64,000 nt of DNA, from positions 5,318 to 69,317 of IMG/VR virus record IMGVR_UViG_3300036795_000116; one strand, given 5' to 3'. Source of the DNA: a virus. How positions within the stretch are numbered: the first letter of the stretch is position 1; the number at the start of each line of letters is the position of its first letter. Shown in pieces: positions 18,265 to 28,294 of the stretch. The position numbers and the translations under genes are program-made. The notes beneath the pieces were generated by a model. The model worked only from the letters and a program-made list of their open reading frames with translations, made no database searches and had not been told where the DNA came from.

Positions 18265-20052
18265 TTAGCTCGCTGCTCGTAGCCAACGACGGTGCTTCCT
18301 GGCCGGTGCGATGGTGAACAGCAAGCCCCAGCCCTTGCCGACCGTCGTGAGCGTGGAGGGCTTATTCGCGTCCCCGCTGATCGTGGCCGACGCTGACTTG
18401 GCGGGGATGGCCTGGCCGGCACTGGATGGCACAATCGCCCAGTCATGTGCCCAAGCTGGCTCATCACATTCCGAGCCGGACGATGCTGCAGTAGTAGCAG
18501 CGGCCGGGTTCACAGTAGTGGTGTCCGCGTGTCCCCCTGTTGCCCAGGTAAGCCCGTCAGAGCCCCCTGTCACCGTGCCATATGTAGTGTTAGTCGAGTT
18601 GGTTTCGTGATACACACACGCAATAGCCAACGCTCCTGCGACACAGTTACTGGCCAGCGCGGCGGTAGGCCCAACTGCGGTAGTACTAGTCGAGCTGGCA
18701 TAGGTAATACCAGTGATGGTGTTAGTGTTATCCGCCGGATTAGACAGGTCTAGCCCGTTGGGCTCCTGGTCGAGAAACTCTGAAATCTGGCTTGACCACT
18801 TCGCACCGGAACACTTGAAGATCTGCGCAGTCATGGTGTCCGTAGGAGTGGACGACGAGTAAGTCAACGTCGGAGCAGTATCTCCAGATGCCCACGGCTT
18901 CACCCAGAGCTGCCACCGTACAGTGTGATCCTGCAAAAGGGGACTAGTTGGATAGGAGCTGTTCGTCCCCACGGCGAAAGGCATATGCGTACTAATGGCC
19001 TTCGTCCATCCGGTGGCAATAGCCGGCGAGCTAGGCGCAGTGGTTGGCTGTGGCGCGGCCGACGTCGCGGCAGAAGTACTCGTAGTGTTGATCCCGCGAC
19101 TAGCTCGCGCGATGCAGAACATCATGTCGCCAGCGGTCAAACCCGTTGGAAGAGCCGGCGTCAACGACGTAAGCGTCGTTCCACCTGTGTTGTGACCGGA
19201 CGTCTTCGTGCCCCACGCCACACCCGAGATCGTGTCCGGGCTATTGGTCCCACGCACCTGAACCGAAGTGGCGGTCTCTCCGTTGTGGCTGGTCCGAAAG
19301 TCGCGGTACCCAGCCTCGCCGTACTCATTCCTATCCGTCTCTAGCCCAAGCGGTGGACTCGGCATTCCGGTCCACTTGGTTTGCAAATACATACCACATT
19401 TGAAATAGGAGTTGGCCCCTGAGGCGACCAGCGCTGGCATGCCTGAATCAGATGAGAGCATGGTATTATCATTGACCGAGCACTCATAGCCGGCGGACCC
19501 AGAGATAATGGCACCAACATGAATCCTGCAGCGGTACCAGGTGTTAAGCTGGGCACTGCTCACGAGCTTAGGGACGCCCGATGAGGTGCCGTTGATCCGC
19601 AGCACGATCTCCTGCTTGCCATCGGTGGCGAACGTGGACGCCGGCTGCCAGGCAATCTCGATGAGGTCGTCACTGTTGTCGTGCATCTGGATCATGACAA
19701 ACGACGGATGCACAGGGGGTAGATGCGTCGGGAAGATCCAGCACTCGACCCAGTGATCCCCGGTCGTAGGGTTGAACGCGCGCAACGTGGTGCCGTCCTG
19801 CTGGCGCTCCCGGAACTCAGAGCGGGGATAGCCGTTGGTGGCGATGGTGTCTACGTCCACGTCCGAGCGCAGCATCATGTGGGAATTGCTGGCGTCGGCG
19901 TAGAGGATGTTGCTGATGCCGGTCGAGGACGCGAGCGTGGACGGAGTGGCCGTCGTAATGCCGGCGCCACTCGCTGTTGAGTAGTCGATCTGGTAGTTGC
20001 TTTTGCCGGCCCCGACGCCGATGTTGCACCAGTCAGCCGCTGGAGTAGCCAC
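18265..20052 (-). CDS. tail-associated polysaccharide lyase family 7 (alginate-lyase-like) depolymerase
   Basis: PL7 motifs YPRSEFRE, IQMHD, YFKCGMYLQ, plus a C-terminal beta domain. Confidence 0.8.
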   Translation of the reverse strand: MATPAADWCNIGVGAGKSNYQIDYSTASGAGITTATPSTLASSTGISNILYADASNSHMMLRSDVDVDTIATNGYPRSEFRERQQDGTTLRAFNPTTGDHWVECWIFPTHLPPVHPSFVMIQMHDNSDDLIEIAWQPASTFATDGKQEIVLRINGTSSGVPKLVSSAQLNTWYRCRIHVGAIISGSAGYECSVNDNTMLSSDSGMPALVASGANSYFKCGMYLQTKWTGMPSPPLGLETDRNEYGEAGYRDFRTSHNGETATSVQVRGTNSPDTISGVAWGTKTSGHNTGGTTLTSLTPALPTGLTAGDMMFCIARASRGINTTSTSAATSAAPQPTTAPSSPAIATGWTKAISTHMPFAVGTNSSYPTSPLLQDHTVRWQLWVKPWASGDTAPTLTYSSSTPTDTMTAQIFKCSGAKWSSQISEFLDQEPNGLDLSNPADNTNTITGITYASSTSTTAVGPTAALASNCVAGALAIACVYHETNSTNTTYGTVTGGSDGLTWATGGHADTTTVNPAAATTAASSGSECDEPAWAHDWAIVPSSAGQAIPAKSASATISGDANKPSTLTTVGKGWGLLFTIAPARKHRRWLRAAS

Positions 20053-20065
20053 AGGTCAGCTCCGC

Positions 20066-21634
20066 TCAGGCTTGCAGGGTGTAGCCGCCGTACAGCCAGC
20101 CGGCGCCGCAGTACTCGCCGAGGATGCTGACCGTCTTGCCGGTCGGGAGGCTGATGGTCGCGGTGGAGTTGTCGGTGGTGCCGACCCAGCCCGAGAGCGT
20201 GATGACCCAGGGGCCGGTGCCGCTCGCGGTGAGCTGAGCCCGGTAGGTCGCGCCCACGTATCCGTTCGCGGGAGCGTTGAGCGTGGTGCTCTGGCTCAGC
20301 GACGTGCAGGAGCCGACCTTGGTGTTGCCGCTGTTGGCGTTCGGCGAGACCGTGGCGCCATCTGCCAGCGTCTCTACCTGGGTGGACCAACTGCCGCCGG
20401 GCGCGTCGCCCCAGATCACGCCCAGGGTCTGCGACGAATCAGCGAGGAGAACCTGGCCATCCGTGCCGACGTTCAACGTGTCAGGCGTGGCTGCGGCGGC
20501 CCCGACGACCAAATCACCGGTCGCAGTGATCAAGCCGGCGTCGACAGCCCCGATATCCGACGGGTTGATCGGGTCAGACCCGGCAGAAGCATGCGTGGAG
20601 GCGTGCGTGGTTGGCGTCCGAGCGTCGGAGAGACGGCTGTCGTTGCCGGCGCAAGCCTGCGCGGATCCGGTGCCGAGCGTGCGCAGTCCGGCGGTCGCCG
20701 CGACCGGGTCCTTGATTGCTGAGGCAACCTCAGTACCAGTGATGGCGCTGGCCGCGATCGTCGGGTTTGGGTAACTACCAGCCAGGGAGCCGCCGGCAGT
20801 TCCGGACGGTGCGCGCGAATTCGACAGCCGACTGTCGTCGTTGCGGACAGGGTTACCGGAGGCTCCTGGGCTGGGCACCACCGGCGCCGAGGAGAACGTT
20901 TTGATGCCGGCGACGGTCTCCGCGCCCGTGTTGTGCACGACCGCCGAGTCCGTCGCCTTGTTGCCCAGGTCGCCGACCAGGGAGGTGACGTCGGACTCGG
21001 CGTGCGTGTGGGTAGTGCTGGCCTTCCCCGACACAGCGGTGGTCAAGGTGGACAGATCGGTGGTCAGGCTGGTGACGTCACCCTCGGCGTGCGTGTGAGA
21101 GGCATCGGCTTTCCCGGCCACGTCGGTGGTGAGCGTGCCAAGATCGGTAACCAGCGACGTCACGTCAGACTCGGCGTGCGTGTGAGAGCTGCTCGCCTTC
21201 CCAGACAGATCCGTCGTCAGCCCGGTGACCTGCGACTCGGCGAGGACCAGGTTCGCCTGAACGACGGTGATCGTCGGGTTAGCTGGGTCGGTGTTGTCCA
21301 CATCGACCGAGCTATCTCCGGCGTCCACCGTCGTGACACCGCCAGGTGCTGGGTCCGCCCAGTCCACGCCCAAAGGCTGCGAGGAGTCAGCGGTCAGCAC
21401 CTGGCCGTCGGTCCCGACGTCGAGCGTCCCGAAGGTGTCGTTGTTGCTGGCTACCAGCATGTCGCCGGTGGCGGTGGCCAGCGTGTTAGCTACGGTGCCC
21501 TCGACCAGGGCGAGAGTTCCCGTTTCCCGGTCGTCCAGGTCGTTGATCGCCGCGTTGATCAGCAGTAGGTTTTCCGCGTCCAAGGGGCTGGATGTGGACG
21601 GGTTGTTCGTCCACTCGGGCAGGTCGTACGCCAT
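20066..21634 (-). CDS. tail fibre protein
   Basis: SHTHAESDVTSL repeats; duplicated GD.LV...VGTDGQVL.ADSS motif; GNDSRLSDARTPT. Confidence 0.85.
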   Translation of the reverse strand: MAYDLPEWTNNPSTSSPLDAENLLLINAAINDLDDRETGTLALVEGTVANTLATATGDMLVASNNDTFGTLDVGTDGQVLTADSSQPLGVDWADPAPGGVTTVDAGDSSVDVDNTDPANPTITVVQANLVLAESQVTGLTTDLSGKASSSHTHAESDVTSLVTDLGTLTTDVAGKADASHTHAEGDVTSLTTDLSTLTTAVSGKASTTHTHAESDVTSLVGDLGNKATDSAVVHNTGAETVAGIKTFSSAPVVPSPGASGNPVRNDDSRLSNSRAPSGTAGGSLAGSYPNPTIAASAITGTEVASAIKDPVAATAGLRTLGTGSAQACAGNDSRLSDARTPTTHASTHASAGSDPINPSDIGAVDAGLITATGDLVVGAAAATPDTLNVGTDGQVLLADSSQTLGVIWGDAPGGSWSTQVETLADGATVSPNANSGNTKVGSCTSLSQSTTLNAPANGYVGATYRAQLTASGTGPWVITLSGWVGTTDNSTATISLPTGKTVSILGEYCGAGWLYGGYTLQA

Positions 21635-21646
21635 TCGGCCAGCTCC

Positions 21647-24600
21647 TTACCGTAGAACCGGGCTCGGGGGATCGGACTCGGGACCGCGCACGGGCACCGC
21701 GCAGGCGGCGGTCGTGACTTCTAGCGGCCACGCGTCCCTTGCCGTTGGCCCTCGTTGTGCCTCGCCAGTCGCGGCGGTGATCGTCGCCAGCACGATGGCC
21801 TGGAGGCTGTGCACCCCCGCCTGCAAGCTCGGGTTGACCGAGAAGGCTTCCCAGGGCCGCAGGTGGCCCGTGGCGGTGAGCACCGTGAGTGCGTGCAGCA
21901 CCGCTTCTGGGTAGATCGTGTCCCGCGAACCAGCGGTGAGATGAGACGCCGCGACCAGCGTCGCCCGCACCACGACCGTGATCTGTTCGGTCGCGGTCAT
22001 CCCGGCGTGCGCGGACAACGTCGCGCGACCAAACGTCTGCGGAGTCGCCACGGCGTGCAGAGCCGCAACAGCAGCCAACGCGGCCTGCACGTGATAGCCC
22101 AACGAGGCACTCGCGTGCAGCGACGTGGTCTCGCTGAGATGAGCACTCGGCAAGACCGTCTTGAAGGCACTGCTGGTCAACCCGGCATGCGCCGCCAAGG
22201 TGGCGGACGGCCGCTTGATCAGCTTCGCCGACGAGGTCAGCCCAGCGCTGGCCGCCAGGGTGGCGGAGGGGCGCTGAGTGACCTTGGCCGCCGAGGTCAT
22301 TCCGGTGCTGGCATGCAGCGTCACTACGGACGCCCGGACGACCACAATCGCGGTAGCCGTCAGGTGCGCGACTCCAGCAAGAGCGGCGTCCGCCGGCAGC
22401 GCGACAGTCGGGATCTCGGCGGCGGCCGTGGTGACCGCATGCAGCGTCGCGCGCGGCTTAACGACGATATACGCCGCCGAGGTCAGCCCGGTGCTAGCCG
22501 ACAGAGTGGCGGATGGCCGCTTGGTCAGCTTCGCCGCCGCGATCAGCCCGGCGTGGGCGGACAGCGTCGCGCTGGGCAGGTGTACTGGCGTCGACGACGC
22601 GGTCAGCCCAGCGTGTGCGGCCAGCGTCGCGCGGACGAAGCTGTTCGCGCCTGGTGTGGTCGCGGTCAGCCCAGCAACAGCGTGCAGCGTCGCGGACGGA
22701 CGCTTGGTGAGCTTCGCCGCAGAGGTCAGCCCAGTGCTGGCCGCCAGGGTGGCGGAGGGGCGTTGGGTGAGCTTCGCGGCAGCGTGCAGAGCAGCACTGG
22801 CGGACAGCGACGCCGCCGACAGCTTGATCGTGCCCGCCGCGACGGTCAGCCCCGCGGTCGCGTGCAGAACCGCGGCCGGGCGCTCGGTGTCGAACGCCGC
22901 AGAGGTCAGTCCCGCACTGGCGTGCATCGTCGCGGACGGACGCTGGGTCAGCTTCGCGGCTGCCGTGAGTCCAGCGGTCGCGGCCAGCGTGGTCACGACC
23001 GGGCGCACGATGACGCGCGCCGACGAGGTCAACCCCGCGTGGGCCGCCAACGTCGCGCTGGGCAGGTGCGTCAGGAACGTCGACGCGGTCAGCCCAGCGC
23101 TAGCGTGCAGCCCCGCCGCCGGCCGCTGAGTACCAGCCGCCGACGAGGTGAGCCCAGCGGTCGCGTGCAGAACCGCGGCCGGGCGCTGGGTGAGCTTCGC
23201 CGATGCCGTGAGCCCAGTGCTGGCCGCCAGGGTGGCGGAGGGGCGCTGGGTGATCTTCGCAGCGGCGTGCAGACTGGCAGTCGCCGTGAGCGTCGCGCTG
23301 GGCAGGTGCGTCAGTGACGTCGACGCGGTCAGTCCAGCGCTGGCGTGCAGCGTCGCGGATGGACGTTGCGTGTCGGTAGCGGTCGCGGTCAGCCCGACCC
23401 CAGCGTGCAGGGCCGCCGCCGGACGTTCGGTATCGCGCGCTGCCGAGGTGAGCCCAGTGCTGGCCGCCAGGGTGGCGGACGGTCGCTGGGTAATCTTCGC
23501 GGCGGCGTGCAGCGATGCGGTGGCCTGTGCGGTGACCGCCGGCAAGATGACATCGGTGGCGGTCGCGGTCAGCCCAGCATGCGCCGACAGTGCGGCCGAC
23601 GGGCGCTTCGTCAGGACGGCTGCAGCGGTCAGCCCAGCAGAGGCGTGCAGCGTCGCGGACGGACGAATGGTGTCGCGTGGCGTCGTCGCGGTCAGACCAG
23701 CGGTCGCCGAGAGTGCTGCGGACCCAGAGGTGACGACCGTGGGCGCCTTGTTGACCACGACCAGAGAGGTCGCGGCGGACATGGTGCCGGCCACCGGGTA
23801 GAACTGGACAGCGAACGACGTCAGCCCAGCGTGCGCCGCCAGGGTGGCGGACGGGCGATGAGTGACCAGAGGTGAAGTCGCGGTCAGACTCGTGCTGGCC
23901 GACAGGGAGGCCGACGGACGCTGGGTTACCTTCGTGGCAGCCGTGAGACCGGTGTGCGCCGCCATCGGGGTCACGGTGACCGGGACGGTGTTGCGGACCT
24001 GCGCGCTCAGGTGTGCGGTAGCCGTCAGGTTGGCGGCGCCCGAGGTAGTGTCGACAGCCGTCGTGGAGAGTCCGGCATGCGCCGCCAGGGTGGCGGATGG
24101 CCGCTTGGTCAGCTTCGCGGCGGCAACCAGAGCTGCAGAAACAGACAGACTCGCCGCCGGACGCTGCGTGACCTTGGCCGCCGAGGCGAGTCCGGCATGG
24201 GCCGCGAAAGTCGCACTCGGGAGAATGGTCTTCTTGACGGCTGCGGTCAGCCCAGCGCTGGCGTGCAGTGAGGCGGCCGGACGGATGGTGTCGGTCGGCG
24301 CAGTCGCCGTGAACCCGACGGAGGCGTGCAGCGTCGCGCGTGGGAGGTAGCGGATCGTGGCGTTCGCCGTCAGCGTCGGCGAGGCGTTGAAGATCGCGCC
24401 CTCGGCGTGAATAACCGCTACCTTCAGCGCCATCCCCGCGGTGGCACTCAGGTCAGCTTCAACGAAGATCTCGCCGCCGGAACAGAAGGCGGTCAGCCCC
24501 GTGGACGCGGAGAGATCAGCGGACGGGAAGGTGGTGACCGTGGTGCCGGTGGACGGGTAGAGCCCCGGGTCCGGGATGACGCCCACGCCAGGGGTCAGCG

Positions 24601-25462
24601 TGTAGGGCCCGATGAAGAGCCCAGACTCACCGGAGAGCGTCGCGTCCAGAAGAGGGCCGGTGATCGCGGACACCGTGATACTGCTGGTGGCCGATAGGGT
24701 GGCCGTACCGGCGTCGCTCAGGACGGTGGCGTCAGCCGTCAGTCCAGCGGTCGCGCTCAGTGTCGCCGCGGCATGCGCGGTCGGCGTCAAAGACGGGTTG
24801 ACCTGGGTAAGCGCGGTCAGCTGAGTGACGACCGGCCGCACGATGACCTTGGCCGCCGAGGTCAGCCCCGTGCTGGCGGACAGCGTGACGGCGAGGTTCT
24901 CGGTGGTGTGCGTCGCCGTCGCGGACAGGCTGGCGTGCGCGGCTAGCGTGACCGACGGAAGCTTCGTCAGGACAGCGACCGCGGACAGACCGGTGGTAGC
25001 CGAGAGAGCCGCCGCCGCCGGTTCCGTGACCTTCGTGGCGCTGGTCAGACCTGTGGCTACGGACAGAGCTGCCGCGACAGGGATGGTGTCGCGCGCGGTG
25101 GCCGTGAACCCTGTGGAGGCGCTCAGCGTCGCAGCGGGCAGCTTGGTGAGCTGGGCTGCCGCGGTCAGAGAGATGGTCGCCGAAAGGGTGGCGGCCGGGT
25201 TGTAGTTGATCGTCGCGGTAGCGGTCAGCCCCGCGCTCGCCGCCAGCGTGGAGGTGCCACCGGGCAGGAAGACGGAAGGGGCGGTGGTGCTCAGGCCGGC
25301 GGTGGCCGACAGCGTCGCGGACGGGTGCTCAGTGACGGCAGCGCTGGCGGTCAGAGAGGAGGTCGCGGCGAGCGTGGCCGTCCCGGGATCCCGGACCGTG
25401 GGTTGAGGCCGCTGCCTAATCCAGATCGCGTGGCTCGGGAATCCCCTACCGAAACGAGCCAT
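21647..25462 (-). CDS. long Ala/Thr-rich repeat virion protein (about 21-aa repeats)
   Basis: Dozens of PSATL(A/S/H)A.AGLT..AK.T.R units; MARFGR N-terminus. Confidence 0.85.
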   Translation of the reverse strand: MARFGRGFPSHAIWIRQRPQPTVRDPGTATLAATSSLTASAAVTEHPSATLSATAGLSTTAPSVFLPGGTSTLAASAGLTATATINYNPAATLSATISLTAAAQLTKLPAATLSASTGFTATARDTIPVAAALSVATGLTSATKVTEPAAAALSATTGLSAVAVLTKLPSVTLAAHASLSATATHTTENLAVTLSASTGLTSAAKVIVRPVVTQLTALTQVNPSLTPTAHAAATLSATAGLTADATVLSDAGTATLSATSSITVSAITGPLLDATLSGESGLFIGPYTLTPGVGVIPDPGLYPSTGTTVTTFPSADLSASTGLTAFCSGGEIFVEADLSATAGMALKVAVIHAEGAIFNASPTLTANATIRYLPRATLHASVGFTATAPTDTIRPAASLHASAGLTAAVKKTILPSATFAAHAGLASAAKVTQRPAASLSVSAALVAAAKLTKRPSATLAAHAGLSTTAVDTTSGAANLTATAHLSAQVRNTVPVTVTPMAAHTGLTAATKVTQRPSASLSASTSLTATSPLVTHRPSATLAAHAGLTSFAVQFYPVAGTMSAATSLVVVNKAPTVVTSGSAALSATAGLTATTPRDTIRPSATLHASAGLTAAAVLTKRPSAALSAHAGLTATATDVILPAVTAQATASLHAAAKITQRPSATLAASTGLTSAARDTERPAAALHAGVGLTATATDTQRPSATLHASAGLTASTSLTHLPSATLTATASLHAAAKITQRPSATLAASTGLTASAKLTQRPAAVLHATAGLTSSAAGTQRPAAGLHASAGLTASTFLTHLPSATLAAHAGLTSSARVIVRPVVTTLAATAGLTAAAKLTQRPSATMHASAGLTSAAFDTERPAAVLHATAGLTVAAGTIKLSAASLSASAALHAAAKLTQRPSATLAASTGLTSAAKLTKRPSATLHAVAGLTATTPGANSFVRATLAAHAGLTASSTPVHLPSATLSAHAGLIAAAKLTKRPSATLSASTGLTSAAYIVVKPRATLHAVTTAAAEIPTVALPADAALAGVAHLTATAIVVVRASVVTLHASTGMTSAAKVTQRPSATLAASAGLTSSAKLIKRPSATLAAHAGLTSSAFKTVLPSAHLSETTSLHASASLGYHVQAALAAVAALHAVATPQTFGRATLSAHAGMTATEQITVVVRATLVAASHLTAGSRDTIYPEAVLHALTVLTATGHLRPWEAFSVNPSLQAGVHSLQAIVLATITAATGEAQRGPTARDAWPLEVTTAACAVPVRGPESDPPSPVLR

Positions 25463-25493
25463 CCCGAACCCTCCTAGCTAGTCGAGTTCGAGG

Positions 25494-25967
25494 TCATTCC
25501 GTCCAAACCATGTAGCTATTAACAGATACCGCGGCTGGAGCGTTAACTTGAATGCCCAAACCGGAGTTAGTCGTAGCTGGACCGTCAGGCTCCTGGCTTA
25601 GTGGGAACTGAATAACGAGGCCACTGGTAGGCGACACGTACCACGTACGCAAAATGACGCCCACTGTCGGTGCGGTTGTCCAGGAGGCGGCCGTCGACGG
25701 CATATAAGCGGTACACGATGATGCAGGGGCTGCCGAGTCCAGCGGGGTCGCCGCCTGTGTAATAGTGCTACCACTCGTCGTGCCGCTTGTGCGCACCAAT
25801 CTAACAATCGCGGGTACTGCACTGGAGGAGGTGCCGTTGAACGACACACCTAGCTCGTTGAGAGCTATGCGGTGAGCTGCCGCTGTGGACGCAATATCAA
25901 GCGTCACGACCGCGGTTGCGGCAACAACGGCGATCGCCTCGGACGCGGCTACGTACTGGTCAGCCAC
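25494..25967 (-). CDS. minor virion protein
   Basis: Beta-rich; C-terminal ..WTE; position in tail region. Confidence 0.7.
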   Translation of the reverse strand: MADQYVAASEAIAVVAATAVVTLDIASTAAAHRIALNELGVSFNGTSSSAVPAIVRLVRTSGTTSGSTITQAATPLDSAAPASSCTAYMPSTAASWTTAPTVGVILRTWYVSPTSGLVIQFPLSQEPDGPATTNSGLGIQVNAPAAVSVNSYMVWTE

Positions 25968-25976
25968 AAGAACTCC

Positions 25977-26732
25977 CTAATAGGATGCCGCGCGGTTGAC
26001 CGCCTGGTTGATACTCAACAGCCGGCGACTGGACCCTGGGTTAGTCGCGGTAAACAGCACCCCGAACATGTCAGAGGTACTGGCTGGAGACTGCTGGGCG
26101 CTCGGGGACTGTGCCGAGTTCGCGCAGTTCGGGTTGTAGAGAACTGGGTTGCTGTTCGCGTCGAGCAGCACTGTGTAGCCAGCCGTTTGACCGGTGGTGA
26201 GTGCGAGCTGCCCGACGAAGCCGTGCGCTATGTAGGCGCGCAGCGTGCCGCCCGGAGTGAGTGTCGGTCCAGCAACGGTGGTAGTGCTGGTCGTAGTGTT
26301 CTTGGCGACGCCAACACCCTCAGCGGCCCAAACAGTGCCCGCGCCGCCGCCAGAACTAAATTGCTTACAGCGCAGGAATGTAGCCTTAGTGCCAATCGTG
26401 CTCGCCCACGTAATAGTAAGGGTGGCTGACCCCGTCGTGGTAACCGTGCCAATCCACATCTCATACTTGTGGAGAACGCTGCCGTTGGTGATGGTCGTCG
26501 GCGTGGTAAGTGCCGTCCAGGCCCCCGGCAGCCCCGAGTTACTCGCAGGGCAACCGCCCCCGGACAACACGGAGATGCTGGGTAGCGTGGCAGCGGTGCC
26601 GATGATCGACATAAACACAAGAGAATCGCCAATGGCATTCGGCACGACCGCCAGACTGGTCAGTCCGGTGGCGTTAGACGCTGACTTCCAGAATAGGCTT
26701 GTACCGGGGTCGCTGATTGCAGAGAATGCCAT
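25977..26732 (-). CDS. minor virion protein
   Basis: Ser/Thr-rich; C-terminal QAVNRAASY motif. Confidence 0.7.
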   Translation of the reverse strand: MAFSAISDPGTSLFWKSASNATGLTSLAVVPNAIGDSLVFMSIIGTAATLPSISVLSGGGCPASNSGLPGAWTALTTPTTITNGSVLHKYEMWIGTVTTTGSATLTITWASTIGTKATFLRCKQFSSGGGAGTVWAAEGVGVAKNTTTSTTTVAGPTLTPGGTLRAYIAHGFVGQLALTTGQTAGYTVLLDANSNPVLYNPNCANSAQSPSAQQSPASTSDMFGVLFTATNPGSSRRLLSINQAVNRAASY

Positions 26733-26739
26733 TAGCTAA

Positions 26740-27372
26740 TTACGACAGAGTGATCGAAATGCTGGACGTAGCGAAGGTCACCGTGTCCCCAGCGTTCACC
26801 GTCTTACTCGCGCTCAATGCACCAAACCAACGCCGCACCGGAGTGGTGATGGTGAATACCGTGGAGGAGCCAGTGGTGCCAGTGAAGGCCACAGCCAACA
26901 CCGCGTGAGTCGAGTCAGTAACAGAGGCAATCGTGGTGAAACCGCCGGGGATGCCGGTAGCGGCAATCTTCTGGCCGACGTCGGCGGAGGTGAAGTTTCC
27001 GGTAGCCGAGGAGATGTTCGCCGACAGGTTGGTAACCACGCCATCCGCCGAGGTGACGCGAGTAGCCGAGTCCCACAACTCGATGCTCTTGATCGTGCAC
27101 GCCGGCATGACGTTGAAGCTCGCCGTTCCAACGCTGTTGGTGACCGAGCCGGCGCTCGCGGTGCCCCAGATTGAGGTACCTGTGGTGGTGTCGAAGCGGG
27201 CGTAGGTCGAACCGCCCGTGTTGGCCACCTCGCTACCCTTGAGGACAGCGGTCGGGTCCGTGACGTCGGTGATCAGCGCCAGGGTGATCGGCTTAGTGGG
27301 GTTGGGGTAAGTGACCCCAGCCACGCTGGCAGCCAGGATCGCGTTCGCCTCGACGGTGACAATGTTGCCCAT
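26740..27372 (-). CDS. phage tail fibre-type structural protein with internal insertion
   Basis: G.EV..GSTYAR, IELWD, WFGAL..SKTVNAGDTVTF motifs. Confidence 0.75.
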   Translation of the reverse strand: MGNIVTVEANAILAASVAGVTYPNPTKPITLALITDVTDPTAVLKGSEVANTGGSTYARFDTTTGTSIWGTASAGSVTNSVGTASFNVMPACTIKSIELWDSATRVTSADGVVTNLSANISSATGNFTSADVGQKIAATGIPGGFTTIASVTDSTHAVLAVAFTGTTGSSTVFTITTPVRRWFGALSASKTVNAGDTVTFATSSISITLS

Positions 27373-27376
27373 GGAG

Positions 27377-27589
27377 TCAGCCCTTTCCGTTCAAAATGTG
27401 AGCGCGAAGGTCATCTCCACGCTTGCCGTTCGCGCCCTCGACCTGCGGGCCACACAAGGGGCAGTCGGTCACCTGTGCGCAACAATCCTTATGCGCATAC
27501 ACCGACACCATCCCGGGGTGAATCTGTTCGTGCTTGGGATGATCATCCGTCTGACTGCAGTAAATGCACTGACGTTCAACACCGCTCAA
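27377..27589 (-). CDS. small Cys/His-rich protein
   Basis: RQCIYCSQTDDHPKH..HKDC..CPLC; TTGA overlap. Confidence 0.7.
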   Translation of the reverse strand: MSGVERQCIYCSQTDDHPKHEQIHPGMVSVYAHKDCCAQVTDCPLCGPQVEGANGKRGDDLRAHILNGKG

Positions 27590-27969
27590 AATGTCACCTC
27601 TTGGGATACGGTCACGGAACCCATCGCTACTCGGGACACCTGCAATCCAACAGGCGCCGCGGGGTTGGTCAGCAAAATGTCGTAGGCGCCCAAGGTGAAC
27701 GTCCACGGCAGCGATTCGGGAGCGAGCACGCGTAGGTTGAGCGTGGTCCCGGACAATGTGATGAGCCCTTGACCCTCGGTGGGGGTCGTGGACCAGGTGA
27801 AGAACAGCTCGTCAGCAGCGGGGGAGGGCCGAATCTCCGCCTTCGCGCTACAGCCCGTCAGGTCGTAGGGGCTTCCGTCCGGGCCGACGATTGGATAGTC
27901 GATCCCGGGCCAGTCAGCCGCCTGCGGAATGACGATGTTGTAGACCAGTACGGCCAGCGTCTTCGTCAC
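27586..27969 (-). CDS. minor tail protein (BppU/LtfC-like)
   Basis: PYDLTGCSAKAEIR, YDILLT, G.VTVSQEVT. Confidence 0.8.
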   Translation of the reverse strand: MTKTLAVLVYNIVIPQAADWPGIDYPIVGPDGSPYDLTGCSAKAEIRPSPAADELFFTWSTTPTEGQGLITLSGTTLNLRVLAPESLPWTFTLGAYDILLTNPAAPVGLQVSRVAMGSVTVSQEVTF

Positions 27970-27971
27970 CC

Positions 27972-28283
27972 TTATGGAATCAGGAAGTTGGTAGGCACGA
28001 TGTGCTGGCCGACAATCATCGGGTCGGTACCGTACATCTGCATCCAGACCGTATGCCCCTCAGCTGGCAAATTGGTCGCGCTGTAGGCCTGCAGAAACCG
28101 GACCCCCGGCACAATGATTCCGGACGGATCAGCGAATTGAAAATCGGCCACCCCGTTACCGAGGTCGACGCCGCTCAGCGTTCCCTGGTGCATCGTGATC
28201 TGTGGCGTACGCGGTAGCCATGCGGGGTTGCCGCTGCTCTTGATTGCACGCCCGAGCCGACTCAGAGAATTTCCAGATGCCAT
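27972..28283 (-). CDS. minor tail protein (OB-fold spike-like)
   Basis: Follows the hub gene; P..G.TVW..IVG pattern. Confidence 0.7.
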   Translation of the reverse strand: MASGNSLSRLGRAIKSSGNPAWLPRTPQITMHQGTLSGVDLGNGVADFQFADPSGIIVPGVRFLQAYSATNLPAEGHTVWMQMYGTDPMIVGQHIVPTNFLIP

Positions 28284-28294
28284 GGCTCCTCCTT

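Noticed and set aside
21755-25406. Long + strand ORFs over the late operon (also 32186-33529, 41621-42814, 46466-47629)
   Set aside because: Antisense shadows of high-GC minus-strand genes with recognisable motifs.
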